54,294 nt of DNA from a virus (taxonomy: Duplodnaviria; Caudoviricetes), in IMG/VR virus record IMGVR_UViG_3300023082_000012, positions 1-54,294 of that record; one strand, 5' to 3'. Shown in pieces: positions 8,716-18,613 of the stretch (position 1 is the stretch's first letter; the number at the start of each line of letters is the position of its first letter). The notes beneath the pieces are model-generated. The model saw only the letters and a program-made list of their open reading frames with translations. It did not search any database and had not been told where the DNA came from. The translations under genes were made by a program, and so were the position numbers.

Positions 8716-10989
8716 ATGATTAACGGAAGCAAACATCACTTTTTGTTCAGCATAAATGGTAATGTCAAAACATCCGGCGGTACAGGTTCACTGACTAAAG
8801 GTGAGTTTATGATTGCTGACATGAGTGTGGGGGGAACCGACGGAGCCCAGGCTGCACTGAACATACAAGCTGCAAAGAAAAATGCCAAGATATTCAAGAT
8901 CCTCATGGGAGAGGAAAAACGTCTAAATTTGGGACGATCCAAAGCATTCGGCCCTTCAAACACGTTTCCCTTCTCGTTGGATCAGGTAAAGGATATCAGG
9001 GTAAAAGCCCCACAACATCTCGAACCAAAGGTTGATGAATTGATTTTGGGCTACAACGGTCACGATGCTTCGACATCATTAAGTCTTAAGGTGGGTTCCA
9101 ATCCTTTGAACATCCGGGTGATGATCCAGGGAATCCCCACATCTTATGGTGGCGGAGGCAACAACTATGAGGTGTTGGATTTATCTTACCCTTCAAGCCA
9201 GGTATTACCTTTCGCAAGTTGTTCCGAATTGGATCCTTGTACGGTAATCCCTTGCCAAGATTATATCTATGATATCGTTGAGGAGTTACGCAGACGTGAA
9301 ATGTCCGGCGGACGTAAATGGGGTGACGTATTAGAAATCACTCCGATAGTAAGTTGCGCTACCGCAGAAATTGAAGAGGAGTATACTTATTGGACATTGA
9401 GCGTGTGTGACACGGGAGATTCCGTCGCAAAAGCATTGATTGAGGCACAATACCCTGACTATCCTGTATTGAGGTTGTCAAGAAAAGGTAGCGTGACCAC
9501 TTACCAGATTTTGATTCCAGAGGGTGTCACACCTGACGATTACGAATACTCAAGGATTTCCATCCTAAAAACTTGTGATGCATGTCCGGCAGGATATGAT
9601 ACAATCGTGGGTGGATATGTCTATTCTATCACGGTGGAGGATGACGGCACAACGGTAGCGGCTGGTTTACAGGCTGCAATACCTAATGCGGTAGCTGCAT
9701 CTGTCGTAAGGCAGGGAATCGAATCAGGAACCGGTACGGGTATATACATAGCCTTGACTGCAACCGTATTGACGCCTGCAAACGTGGGAACAATCGTAGC
9801 GGCCTACCCTACCGCAACAGTTACTTTCGTAGCTGAAAAAGAAGCGTTCTGTTCTGACGACGTAGTAGAAGAAATTGCATGGGTAGAGGGTGATACTTGT
9901 GGTGCAAGTTTAGAACAGTACCGTATCACTTTACCCGACAACGACTGTGGAGAGACAAGATTGGCCGAATTGCAGGCAGCTTATCCGGACGCAGCCGCCA
10001 TCAGGATCGTAAACTCCGCGAACTCTACACGTACCATTACATTAACCGGTACCTCTGGTACTGCAAACGTAAACATTACGGCAGCCGCTGTGGCAACCGA
10101 CTACTTGGCAACATTCGCCACAAACTTGACCACTACCGCAAATAACTTCGTAACCGCACACGCAGCCACGATTTTATCTGCCAAAGGTGTAACAGTGACG
10201 GCTAATGCAGGTGTGTTTACATTCTCCGGACCTAACGCTGTGATAGCGAGTATCACGATCACAAACGCCACTACCAACTTAGCAGGTACTTTGGGTGCGG
10301 TCGTACCTATCCCCGCAAACGGCGGATGTATGACAACTTACGAAATGGACGTCATCACAAACATGGTCTGCGAAGAGTGTGACCCAGTGTTTGAAGACTA
10401 CTACGTATCGGAGGCACCTATTCCTTACGACGGGGTAAAATGGGCATTGTTTGCCGAAGCCCAGGAATTTGCCGGTACATGTTACTGCGGTATCAAATTC
10501 AAGGCTAAACTATTCACTGTTGATGCAGGTGAAATCCTCAGATACAAATACCCTTTCATCGAAGACTCAGTGGAGATATTCGTGACTGCCGGTTACACGA
10601 ACGGGGTTGACTTACTTACGAGCGGCGTGGATCCAATCGAACCCATCAACGTACAGTACATCAACCGTAAACAGAATCGTGACCTATTGGGTGGACACCT
10701 GTTGGGATTGGTAAAAGAGAAAAACGTACACTTTCAGGGCGATACCGGAGGTTGGGACTTTGTTTCGGCCAACATGTTGGGACTGGGCAGCGACGTGGTT
10801 GACTTAGGCGCACAATATGTACAGTACTCTATTGACATCAAGGACGAGAATATCCGCCAAGGTTTATCCGGCAGCGACGGTGTGACACACACTTATGATA
10901 TCTTCGTGGAGTACGGAAGACACCTTGCTTTGGAAGCAGCCATCAACAAATTGGCATCCGCTTCGGGTAACAGTGTGGTACAGGCATAA
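8716..10989 (+). CDS. Auxiliary capsid/major structural protein (757 aa)
   Basis: Position matches the crAss-like auxiliary capsid gene and it is followed by a strong terminator. Cys-rich with Thr/Ala-rich inserts. Confidence 0.55.
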   Translation: MINGSKHHFLFSINGNVKTSGGTGSLTKGEFMIADMSVGGTDGAQAALNIQAAKKNAKIFKILMGEEKRLNLGRSKAFGPSNTFPFSLDQVKDIRVKAPQHLEPKVDELILGYNGHDASTSLSLKVGSNPLNIRVMIQGIPTSYGGGGNNYEVLDLSYPSSQVLPFASCSELDPCTVIPCQDYIYDIVEELRRREMSGGRKWGDVLEITPIVSCATAEIEEEYTYWTLSVCDTGDSVAKALIEAQYPDYPVLRLSRKGSVTTYQILIPEGVTPDDYEYSRISILKTCDACPAGYDTIVGGYVYSITVEDDGTTVAAGLQAAIPNAVAASVVRQGIESGTGTGIYIALTATVLTPANVGTIVAAYPTATVTFVAEKEAFCSDDVVEEIAWVEGDTCGASLEQYRITLPDNDCGETRLAELQAAYPDAAAIRIVNSANSTRTITLTGTSGTANVNITAAAVATDYLATFATNLTTTANNFVTAHAATILSAKGVTVTANAGVFTFSGPNAVIASITITNATTNLAGTLGAVVPIPANGGCMTTYEMDVITNMVCEECDPVFEDYYVSEAPIPYDGVKWALFAEAQEFAGTCYCGIKFKAKLFTVDAGEILRYKYPFIEDSVEIFVTAGYTNGVDLLTSGVDPIEPINVQYINRKQNRDLLGGHLLGLVKEKNVHFQGDTGGWDFVSANMLGLGSDVVDLGAQYVQYSIDIKDENIRQGLSGSDGVTHTYDIFVEYGRHLALEAAINKLASASGNSVVQA

Positions 10990-11052
10990 AAAGTTAACAC
11001 TTTAATCCAGACCACGGAAACATAAAATAAGTGTTGCTATAGATATAAAACG

Positions 11053-11090
11053 AAAAGGCTTCGGGTGGTTTAATTGCCCGAAGCCTTTTT
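11053..11090 (+). terminator. Intrinsic, probably bidirectional, terminator
   Basis: AAAAGGCTTCGGGTGGTT...AATTGCCCGAAGCCTTTTT, a long stem with flanking A/T tracts. Confidence 0.85.
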
Positions 11091-11130
11091 CAATTAGAAA
11101 TTTCCCATCATAGGAAATAGAGATATGAAG

Positions 11131-11161
11131 TTGCGTGGTAAACAATAATTAATTATTTTTG
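11131..11161 (+). promoter_or_regulatory. Putative Bacteroidota promoter TTG-N20-TATTTTTG
   Basis: TTG at 11131-11133, TATTTTTG at 11154-11161, ATG at 11166. Confidence 0.55.
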
Positions 11162-11165
11162 AAGA

Positions 11166-11681
11166 ATGTTAAAAACTACTAACGTAGACTTTTCCGTAAG
11201 CAGCGACATATACAACCTTTATATCACGGATATGTCCTGTTGGGGCGTTTCTCAGGACTTCCCCGCCGTGATAGAGATATTGGTACCGGGTTTTTTAAAC
11301 CCCTACAAACAATATTTTAACAAACAGGATACTTCCTATAATTCAATAGCCCTTGAACTTAATTGCGGAACGGACTGTGACGAGGTAGAACTACCTGACG
11401 GAATCTACAATGTACTGATAAAGGCTTCCCCTTCCACTTTTTTCAAGGAACTAAATTACCTAAAAAGTGACCAGTTGCAAATGAAATTGGATCTGGCTTA
11501 CGTGGATGCATTGAGGGAAGACTGTGGAGGCTGCGTCAAAAAAGGCATATTGGAAGGAAGATTCCTGATACTTGCCTCGGAATCTCACGTAAGAAGAGGC
11601 GACATAAAAACGGCTGCTTACCTATTTAAGGAAGCACAGAAAATCGTGGACAGAATCAATAAATGTAAAAATTGTAGATAA
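11166..11681 (+). CDS. Putative tail hub/structural protein
   Basis: LPDGIY motif and Cys-rich helical C-terminus; lies after the auxiliary capsid gene as crAss-like hub genes do. Confidence 0.5.
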   Translation: MLKTTNVDFSVSSDIYNLYITDMSCWGVSQDFPAVIEILVPGFLNPYKQYFNKQDTSYNSIALELNCGTDCDEVELPDGIYNVLIKASPSTFFKELNYLKSDQLQMKLDLAYVDALREDCGGCVKKGILEGRFLILASESHVRRGDIKTAAYLFKEAQKIVDRINKCKNCR

Positions 11682-11902
11682 TGTGTTGCGGAAACGCTAC
11701 CATAAGCCAGAGACTGTCGAAAAGATGTACGGATAATAGGTCAAGGCTTATGCGAATAAAAAGGAAAATGAAAACGGCCTACAACATGAATAAGAGGCCC
11801 GAAGACCTTGAAGCCTGGAAAACAACAAAGACTGCGCTAACCGACAAAACTTATTGTCCTGGCCTAAATGAACTCAACCAATTGGAAATGATTTATGGAT
11901 AA
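11681..11902 (+). CDS. Small basic Cys-containing hypothetical protein
   Basis: Coupled to both neighbours; MCCG start. Confidence 0.6.
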   Translation: MCCGNATISQRLSKRCTDNRSRLMRIKRKMKTAYNMNKRPEDLEAWKTTKTALTDKTYCPGLNELNQLEMIYG

Positions 11903-12134
11903 GGTTAAAAACGTGGTAGACTATTCGGTCGATGAAGTGCTTAACGGTATTATCATAGATGCTGCCATTGACTACATAAAAGACAAAAAGTACAAAGTCG
12001 GGTGCGGGATAAGCGAATGCAGGATGGAAGAGATAATTTACCTAAAGGAGTTGGTCTGTAATCCTCCATGTTACTTTGGTCCAAAAGAAAATACACAGAT
12101 AAACGAATATGTATACTATCTTAATAAAAGATAA
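11895..12134 (+). CDS. Small hypothetical (possible hub subunit)
   Basis: Overlapping start and TAATG coupling to the next gene. Confidence 0.55.
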   Translation: MDKVKNVVDYSVDEVLNGIIIDAAIDYIKDKKYKVGCGISECRMEEIIYLKELVCNPPCYFGPKENTQINEYVYYLNKR

Positions 12135-12895
12135 TGGCAAAAAGGAAAATTGTAATAAAAAAGAATTGTGGCGCGACCATTTCTGACACATGCGGCAGTA
12201 TAACGCCACTTACTTGCACAAAATATGAAGGCGATCTTCCCGTAGGATCCGAATATGACGATGACAGTTGTATTACGGGTGTAGAAATCATTGAGGATAT
12301 CATTACTATCCTTGACGAACACACGGAACAACTGGATTTCACGGAATTTGATACACAGTGTCTTGAAGCTGAAGCTTCGGACGTCGATGAAGGCATAACA
12401 CTGAAAGACGTCATTACAGATATTATTACAGAGGTTTGTGATATCAAGGACAGGCTAAAGGAAGGATGTAACGAAACCTGTACGGACTGTGAGGATGGTT
12501 GTGAAGAAGAAGGGTGTTGCAATGTAATGGAGTATTACGATAGCTCTTCTGATACGGTAACGGTAACCTCAGCCATGGCAGCGTTTACGGCAGTCTATCC
12601 CACAATAAAGCATAAAACACTAAAAGGGGGTAAATACAAGGCTACAATAGATTTAAGGATAAATACCCTACCAACCACACCCGGAAGCACTTTCTTTATA
12701 GGAATATCGCAGGACGGACTAATACCCGACACAAGTATATTTACACAGGAAGAAATAAAGGTGGGAGGCTACAGGGAAACGGTACACTTCGTATTCAAGG
12801 TACTCCCCAAAACGGAAATTACGCTCATGTTTAAGGATGGGACAGGTTCCGATGTAGCGATTACGGGAATAAAAGTAATGATAGAAAAAGTATAG
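12134..12895 (+). CDS. Cys-rich fibre/adaptor structural protein
   Basis: Acidic Cys-rich N-half (CTKYEGDLP, CNETCTDCEDGCEEEGCC) and a beta-rich C-terminal domain. Confidence 0.55.
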   Translation: MAKRKIVIKKNCGATISDTCGSITPLTCTKYEGDLPVGSEYDDDSCITGVEIIEDIITILDEHTEQLDFTEFDTQCLEAEASDVDEGITLKDVITDIITEVCDIKDRLKEGCNETCTDCEDGCEEEGCCNVMEYYDSSSDTVTVTSAMAAFTAVYPTIKHKTLKGGKYKATIDLRINTLPTTPGSTFFIGISQDGLIPDTSIFTQEEIKVGGYRETVHFVFKVLPKTEITLMFKDGTGSDVAITGIKVMIEKV

Positions 12896-12897
12896 TT

Positions 12898-13221
12898 ATG
12901 AAAGCACAGGGATGTAAAACGGGATGTGACGAGGCGGAAGTGGATGAAACCGGCATTGATTGTGGGGGGCAGTTCTATTCTTCCGATTGTGTGGTGGTCA
13001 CCGAAAACGTGTATTTTAATATACCCGAGGTAGGGACAAAACTTACCGATCTGGTAACGGTATTGGCTACAAAATTCAAACAAGTGTTTACGCTATTGAA
13101 CAGAAAGATAGACTGGACGGCTTTACCCGTATACGTTAACGATGCTGCGGCGGCGGCAGACGGACTGCAACAGAACAGACCATACAAGACACCCACCGGA
13201 GAAGTCAGGGTTAAAATATAA
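12898..13221 (+). CDS. Small fibre-associated protein
   Basis: Cys-rich N-terminus. The C-terminal LPVYVNDAAAAADGL module resembles the end of 17764..18576. Confidence 0.55.
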   Translation: MKAQGCKTGCDEAEVDETGIDCGGQFYSSDCVVVTENVYFNIPEVGTKLTDLVTVLATKFKQVFTLLNRKIDWTALPVYVNDAAAAADGLQQNRPYKTPTGEVRVKI

Positions 13222-13229
13222 TTATCACT

Positions 13230-13523
13230 ATGGAGTTTGTACAGGTAGCGTATATAATAATAGGTATAGTGGTGGCCGTCTTAGGTTTTTTGATTAAAAA
13301 CTTGATAGATACCATAAAAACGGATGTGGTAAGACTAAAGGCTGATTTTGATGAAATAGAAAAAAAATCAAATTTGTCCGACTCAAAAATAGTTGAGATG
13401 GTTGCAAAAGTAAACCACTTGGACAATACCATAACAAGGGAGTTGGACCACATGAAGAAATTGCAGGAAGTAAGGCACGAATATATCAAGACCGCATTGG
13501 AAGACATTAAAGAAAAAAGATAA
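13230..13523 (+). CDS. Membrane protein, one N-terminal TM helix plus coiled coil (holin/spanin-like)
   Basis: VAYIIIGIVVAVLGFLI followed by a heptad-rich region. Confidence 0.5.
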   Translation: MEFVQVAYIIIGIVVAVLGFLIKNLIDTIKTDVVRLKADFDEIEKKSNLSDSKIVEMVAKVNHLDNTITRELDHMKKLQEVRHEYIKTALEDIKEKR

Positions 13524-13526
13524 TAT

Positions 13527-14159
13527 ATGCCTATAGAATTATGTAATTACATTGATCCTTGTAGTAAAGGCAACAGTTTAAAAATCTGCATAGACGTAGA
13601 CTCTTTGGGAATAGAGGTAGGAGACAATTACACCACCGTCATAAACAAGATAGCACAGGCAATACAATCAGGCGGCACACAAGATTTGCAGCAGACACTG
13701 GACAACGGGTATACCGCCACATCGGGTGCGACAACTTTTGAACTTAGTTTGGATGACGTATGGTTTTCCATATTTAATTCCGATACCGCCAGTAAAACCA
13801 GTTATGAAAACGGGGTCATAAATTTTTACGACACGGCTACATCGGGAAGCGTGTCACTCAAAGTTTCATACCCCATACCAAATCCAAATAACGTGCTAAC
13901 CTTACCGCAAGTCAGTGGCACCGTCTTGGTGGGTACGAGGGGTAAACAAAACCTAATTTTAGGAGGAAACGTTACCGCAGTAGTAATTCCACACGGATGC
14001 CTGACCGAACCGGAATCGATATACATAAATTTTAGCAACAACAACGATGCCGAACTGCAAAATTATTCAAGTACTGTCGATGCCACCAATATAACCGTAA
14101 CGTTCCCTACAGCCCCCAGCATAGCTTCGACAATTGTTTATTGGGGTGCCTTTGTTTAA
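13527..14159 (+). CDS. Tail fibre-like protein
   Basis: N-terminal adaptor-like segment (SLGIEVGDNYTTVINKIAQAI), a QDLQQTLDNGYTAT fibre motif and a beta-rich tip. Confidence 0.55.
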   Translation: MPIELCNYIDPCSKGNSLKICIDVDSLGIEVGDNYTTVINKIAQAIQSGGTQDLQQTLDNGYTATSGATTFELSLDDVWFSIFNSDTASKTSYENGVINFYDTATSGSVSLKVSYPIPNPNNVLTLPQVSGTVLVGTRGKQNLILGGNVTAVVIPHGCLTEPESIYINFSNNNDAELQNYSSTVDATNITVTFPTAPSIASTIVYWGAFV

Positions 14160-14184
14160 ACTTAAAAAATAGAATACAATATAA

Positions 14185-15948
14185 ATGAAAAACCTTTTAG
14201 TAATAATCTTTTCTTTAATTTCGCTCAATGTACTTGCACAAACGACCATACAAAGCCAGATAATGTTTGGCAACAACTCGGCCCCAACGGGGGGAGGGTA
14301 TGCGAGGGGAGAATGGTTCCAACCAGCCACACCGACCAATAACCAAAATAACAGGTTTGTGGTAGGACACATGTCCGGTAACTATATAGTAAGTTTTGAC
14401 GCATCCATATTCAGGGTAAAAGGTTTGTGGGACAGCACCAAAGTTGAAAATAATCCGTTGTGGACAATCACCACGGATAATACCGGAAGGCTATGGAAAT
14501 ACAGATCCGATTCATTGAAGATACACCCATACCAATTGGCTTCCCCCGTATCTGTCTCAAAGGGAGGTACTGGGTTGTCGAATTCGGGAACTGCCGGGCA
14601 GGTTGTCATGTCCAACGGATCGGGTTTCACAATGACAAACCCCGTATGGCAAAAATATTCCGATACCTTAACTTGGGATGCCACTAAAAATTGGGTGCTT
14701 TCCAAAAATTACCTAACGTCTTTTTCTGAAATTGACCCGATCTGGAACGTACAGAAATCGGATTACCTTAAAAAATTGGATAGTAGTTCATATGCCACAA
14801 GATTTTATTTGATAAACAACCATTATACAAAGGGACAGTCTGATGCGAGATATCTACAGTCCTATACCGAGTCTGATCCTATTTGGTCAGGAGTGGCAGC
14901 TAGTTATAGAACCAAGACACAAAATGATTTATTATACTACCCACTATCAGGAAACCCAAGCGAATTCTTAACCTCATTTACGGAAACTGATCCTTCGGTC
15001 CCCGCCTATTCAAAAACCCTAAACGGCTTTTCTGTAATAAAAACTTCTACGGATGCACTATACCAGCCATTAGGTTCTTATATTACCGTTGAGGTAGATG
15101 GTAGCGTCACTAATGAATTACAGACCGTCTCAGGTTCAAACAGGACATTTACCCTATCAAACAGCGGAGGTTCCGTAACGATAAGAAGAGAAAATTTTGA
15201 TTCACTGGATAATAAGCCCGTAACTTTGATTGGCTATGGTATAACTGATGCCCAAAACACTTTGGTGTCAGGTACAAATATTAAAACAATCGAAACACAA
15301 TCCTTGATGGGTTCGGGTAATATAGACCTGAATAAATCCGATGTAGGATTAACCAATGTTGATAATACATCGGATGCGAATAAACCCATTTCCACGGCCA
15401 CACAGACAGCCTTAAATACAAAACAAAATATCCTCAGCTTGACCACAACAGGCACGACGGGTGCAGCGACACTTACAGGAAATACAATAAACATACCTAA
15501 TTACTCAGCTTCTGGCGCAGTGGGTGCAGATAGTAGGGCAGGTTACGGAACTGGTACCGTATATTCATTGACGGGAAGTTCGGCTAAAATAACCATGGGA
15601 ACCACAAGCCCTACCGTAACCTTACCTAATCCCGGTACCTACATGATAATATCAAACCTAAAACTTGATTACGCAGGATTGACGACCCTAGGGATAAGTA
15701 CGGCTTCATTTAAGCTCAGAAGGACAAACAACACAGCCACGGATTTGCCAAACGCAACCGCATCATTTACCAGTCCCATAGTTACGTTACTGACAGGACC
15801 GGCAGGCGACGCAGATTTACAGGGAGTCTTATATACAACCTCCACATCAGGGGATATAATCGAAATGTGGGGTAATAGGGGAGCCAGTATATCCTTGGGA
15901 AACATAAACGTGAGTGAGGCTTGGATAATGGCGATCAGAATTTATTAG
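14185..15948 (+). CDS. Fibre-like protein with N-terminal Sec signal peptide
   Basis: MKNLLVIIFSLISLNVLA-Q, three (F/Y)(T/S)E(T/S/I)DP repeats and the KSDVGLTNVDNTSDANKPISTATQTAL fibre motif. Confidence 0.6.
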   Translation: MKNLLVIIFSLISLNVLAQTTIQSQIMFGNNSAPTGGGYARGEWFQPATPTNNQNNRFVVGHMSGNYIVSFDASIFRVKGLWDSTKVENNPLWTITTDNTGRLWKYRSDSLKIHPYQLASPVSVSKGGTGLSNSGTAGQVVMSNGSGFTMTNPVWQKYSDTLTWDATKNWVLSKNYLTSFSEIDPIWNVQKSDYLKKLDSSSYATRFYLINNHYTKGQSDARYLQSYTESDPIWSGVAASYRTKTQNDLLYYPLSGNPSEFLTSFTETDPSVPAYSKTLNGFSVIKTSTDALYQPLGSYITVEVDGSVTNELQTVSGSNRTFTLSNSGGSVTIRRENFDSLDNKPVTLIGYGITDAQNTLVSGTNIKTIETQSLMGSGNIDLNKSDVGLTNVDNTSDANKPISTATQTALNTKQNILSLTTTGTTGAATLTGNTINIPNYSASGAVGADSRAGYGTGTVYSLTGSSAKITMGTTSPTVTLPNPGTYMIISNLKLDYAGLTTLGISTASFKLRRTNNTATDLPNATASFTSPIVTLLTGPAGDADLQGVLYTTSTSGDIIEMWGNRGASISLGNINVSEAWIMAIRIY

Positions 15949-15953
15949 GATAT

Positions 15954-16250
15954 ATGATAAAGAATTTTTTTAGGGACATTTATAATATGTTCTGTGGGGA
16001 AGACGGAAGACTTTCCTTAAGAAGGATAATGTCTGCATCAATATTTGCGGGAATAATCAGGGTAGTGGAAGCCATAATAAGCGGATTACCCATTCCTGAA
16101 TACGTGTTGGGGTCTCTTATAATGTTTTGCTTGGTACTCATAGGAATAGTATCGGCCCCCGCATTCGTAAGGTCCATTACGGAAAAGAGTTCCAAGAAAA
16201 CACAGATAAAATCTGAGACGGTAATAGAAGAACCACTAAAAGAAGATTAA
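15954..16250 (+). CDS. Putative holin (2 TM segments)
   Basis: Two hydrophobic helices after GRLSLRR and a charged C-terminus, directly before the amidase. Confidence 0.6.
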   Translation: MIKNFFRDIYNMFCGEDGRLSLRRIMSASIFAGIIRVVEAIISGLPIPEYVLGSLIMFCLVLIGIVSAPAFVRSITEKSSKKTQIKSETVIEEPLKED

Positions 16251-16252
16251 AA

Positions 16253-16864
16253 ATGGGTAAACATCTGTATTGTATTGATTCGGGACACGCCGAGGAAACA
16301 CCGGGAAAAAGAAGCCCGAAATTTGAGGACGGTAGCAGGCTGTTTGAATTTGAATTTAATAGGAGTATAGTAGAAAAACTCACAAAAAGGTTAAAGGCTG
16401 CAAACATCGACTATTTCATAGTGACACCCGAACGTGTTAAAGACATAGGACTTACGGTCAGGGCGAAACGTGTAAACGAGCTGAAGACAGACAAGAAAAA
16501 GATACTGATTTCAATACATGCAAATGCGCATGGAATGGGACAGGAATGGACGGATGCGAATGGCTGGGAAGTCTACACAACTCCTGGTGTGACCAAATCT
16601 GACCAGATTGCCGAACTTTTGTTTCTGGCTCACAAAAATGAGTTTCCCGAGTTTAAGATGAGAAGCGACAAGACAGACGGGGACAATGACAAGGAAGCTA
16701 AATTTACTATCATACAGCAAGCAAATTGTCCGGCCGTATTGACTGAAAATTTCTTCTATACAAACAAAAAAGAGGCTGCCTTACTCAAGGACGATTTTTT
16801 CAGGGAAAGAATAGCCGAAGCACATTTTAGGGCCATACTGGCCATTGAAAAATTAAAATTATAA
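16253..16864 (+). CDS. Endolysin, N-acetylmuramoyl-L-alanine amidase (Amidase_3)
   Basis: IDSGH...E, ISIHANA and PAVLTENFF zinc/catalytic motifs. Confidence 0.93.
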   Translation: MGKHLYCIDSGHAEETPGKRSPKFEDGSRLFEFEFNRSIVEKLTKRLKAANIDYFIVTPERVKDIGLTVRAKRVNELKTDKKKILISIHANAHGMGQEWTDANGWEVYTTPGVTKSDQIAELLFLAHKNEFPEFKMRSDKTDGDNDKEAKFTIIQQANCPAVLTENFFYTNKKEAALLKDDFFRERIAEAHFRAILAIEKLKL

Positions 16865-16870
16865 ACATAG

Positions 16871-17761
16871 ATGGGATATACCAGTGATGATTGTGGTTGC
16901 GGTGGAAGGCAACATGGCACAAATAGTAGGACAAGGGGCTGTGGAAAGACTTGTGACCCTTGTTGTGACCAACATAAGATATATTATTGTGGAAAGAACA
17001 TAAATTGCCTTGATGTGGAGAGGGGAGACGACATCCATGAGGTCATAGGGACCATGGGGGAGAAGATATGTCAAATGATTACCGGGGGGAGTATAGAAAA
17101 TCCATACATAAATATAATAGACGCCACCGAAGAACAATGCCCCGAAGGAGGTTACGTAATTCAACTCATAGACCCAATCACAGGAGAAATTTTACAACAG
17201 GCCATCGTATGTAACGGATCGGGAGGATGTTGCAACGGAATCATAGATACTAAGGTATTGGTATCCAATATAACGGTGGATACGTCAACAAAAGTAGGTG
17301 CCATAATAGAAGTTCCTGCAAGCACTGTGATACAGAACAAGGATGGACTAAATGTATACTTTACCGTAGATAATGTAGAACAACCACCAACCGAAGATTT
17401 TAAATTATCTTTATGGATAGGTGCTTCAGTACAGAATATCGGTGATGTGGTAACGGGGGAAAAGTTATGTGAGTACACCAGTACACAAGAGAATGACGAT
17501 ACTTTCAGGGGTTTTTTAAATATCACAAGAGTTTCCGCCACGTCTGTCATTTGTGAAGGAACCCTAAGTATGTACAAAAAATCGGGGACTAACACCAAGT
17601 TTGACACCAACAGGGGAACGGGTTGTACCATGGTAAACGATACGGCTATAACTACGCCCGACCTATCTGATAATTTTTACTTAAAGTTGGCTATGTCGGA
17701 TAACTCTTCAAGACCTATGAATGTCAAGTTTTTCTCAGTAGAATATAAAAATAAAAAATAG
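16871..17761 (+). CDS. Fibre/spike protein A (Cys-rich N-terminal adaptor)
   Basis: About 80 aa of the N-terminal region is paralogous to the next gene; beta-rich C-terminus. Confidence 0.55.
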   Translation: MGYTSDDCGCGGRQHGTNSRTRGCGKTCDPCCDQHKIYYCGKNINCLDVERGDDIHEVIGTMGEKICQMITGGSIENPYINIIDATEEQCPEGGYVIQLIDPITGEILQQAIVCNGSGGCCNGIIDTKVLVSNITVDTSTKVGAIIEVPASTVIQNKDGLNVYFTVDNVEQPPTEDFKLSLWIGASVQNIGDVVTGEKLCEYTSTQENDDTFRGFLNITRVSATSVICEGTLSMYKKSGTNTKFDTNRGTGCTMVNDTAITTPDLSDNFYLKLAMSDNSSRPMNVKFFSVEYKNKK

Positions 17762-17846
17762 TTATGTGTAAAAAAGGATGTGGATGTGAAAATTGTTGTA
17801 CCCAGTCAAACATAATATATTGTGGAAAGAACATAAATTGCCTTGA
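16985..17846 (+). repeat. 29-bp direct repeat TATTGTGGAAAGAACATAAATTGCCTTGA (16985-17013 and 17818-17846)
   Basis: Exact match read in both paralogous fibre genes. Confidence 0.85.
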
Positions 17847-18576
17847 CATAAAAAAGGGGGATGAAATACATTCCACGATTAAAAAACTAGGAGATGCAAT
17901 TTGTCAAATAATTGGAGATCCGTCCACGGGAAATTATATAAATATAATAGAAGCTTCCGAAGATCAATGCCCAGAGGGCGGGTATGTGATCCAGGCCATA
18001 GATTCTGTTACTGGGGTAGTTCTGAATAGCGTACCTGTGTGTGATATAGAAGATTTAACATTCTTTAATGGAGTATCAAAAACTAGCGGTCAAGTCGGAT
18101 TAGGGGGATCTTTATCTGAAAATACGGTCATAGAAGGTGATGGGAAGAGTTTCGTCTTGCAAAACAGTAATTCAATAACTTTTATAGCAGTGCAGGGCAA
18201 CAACACATTCTATATGAATGCGGGTGGAGCGGGTGGCATGGATTTTATAGTAGTATCCACCAACGGCGTAACTGGTATAGATGTAAGCATAGACACTTAT
18301 GTAGCTACAAAAGTAGCGGGAGGGGCATTTTCTGGTAACAGCATACTAGCTGTGAAAAATGGATTAGTAGGTATAGGACGGGTAGGTAGCACCTTACCAG
18401 TACGTCCTTTAGATGTATTTACTGGAGGAGACCCCATAAGGTTTAGAGACTTACCTTCCTATGACGACGACACTTCCGCAGGAGTGGCAGGATTAACCAC
18501 TGGAGACTGTTATCAAACTACAGGTTCCGGGGCAGCCCCTTTAAACGTTGCAGGGATATTAATGGCCAAACAATAA
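17764..18576 (+). CDS. Fibre/spike protein B (paralogue with a different tip)
   Basis: Same adaptor as the previous gene, then FFNGVSKTSGQVGLGGSL, a Gly-rich shaft and an LPSYDDDTSAGVAGL end. Confidence 0.55.
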   Translation: MCKKGCGCENCCTQSNIIYCGKNINCLDIKKGDEIHSTIKKLGDAICQIIGDPSTGNYINIIEASEDQCPEGGYVIQAIDSVTGVVLNSVPVCDIEDLTFFNGVSKTSGQVGLGGSLSENTVIEGDGKSFVLQNSNSITFIAVQGNNTFYMNAGGAGGMDFIVVSTNGVTGIDVSIDTYVATKVAGGAFSGNSILAVKNGLVGIGRVGSTLPVRPLDVFTGGDPIRFRDLPSYDDDTSAGVAGLTTGDCYQTTGSGAAPLNVAGILMAKQ

Positions 18577-18580
18577 AATT

Positions 18581-18611
18581 AAACCCCTGTCTCAAAAAGT
18601 CAGGGGTTTTT
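18581..18611 (+). terminator. Intrinsic terminator
   Basis: AAACCCCTG-N11-CAGGGGTTTTT. Confidence 0.8.
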
Positions 18612-18613
18612 CA

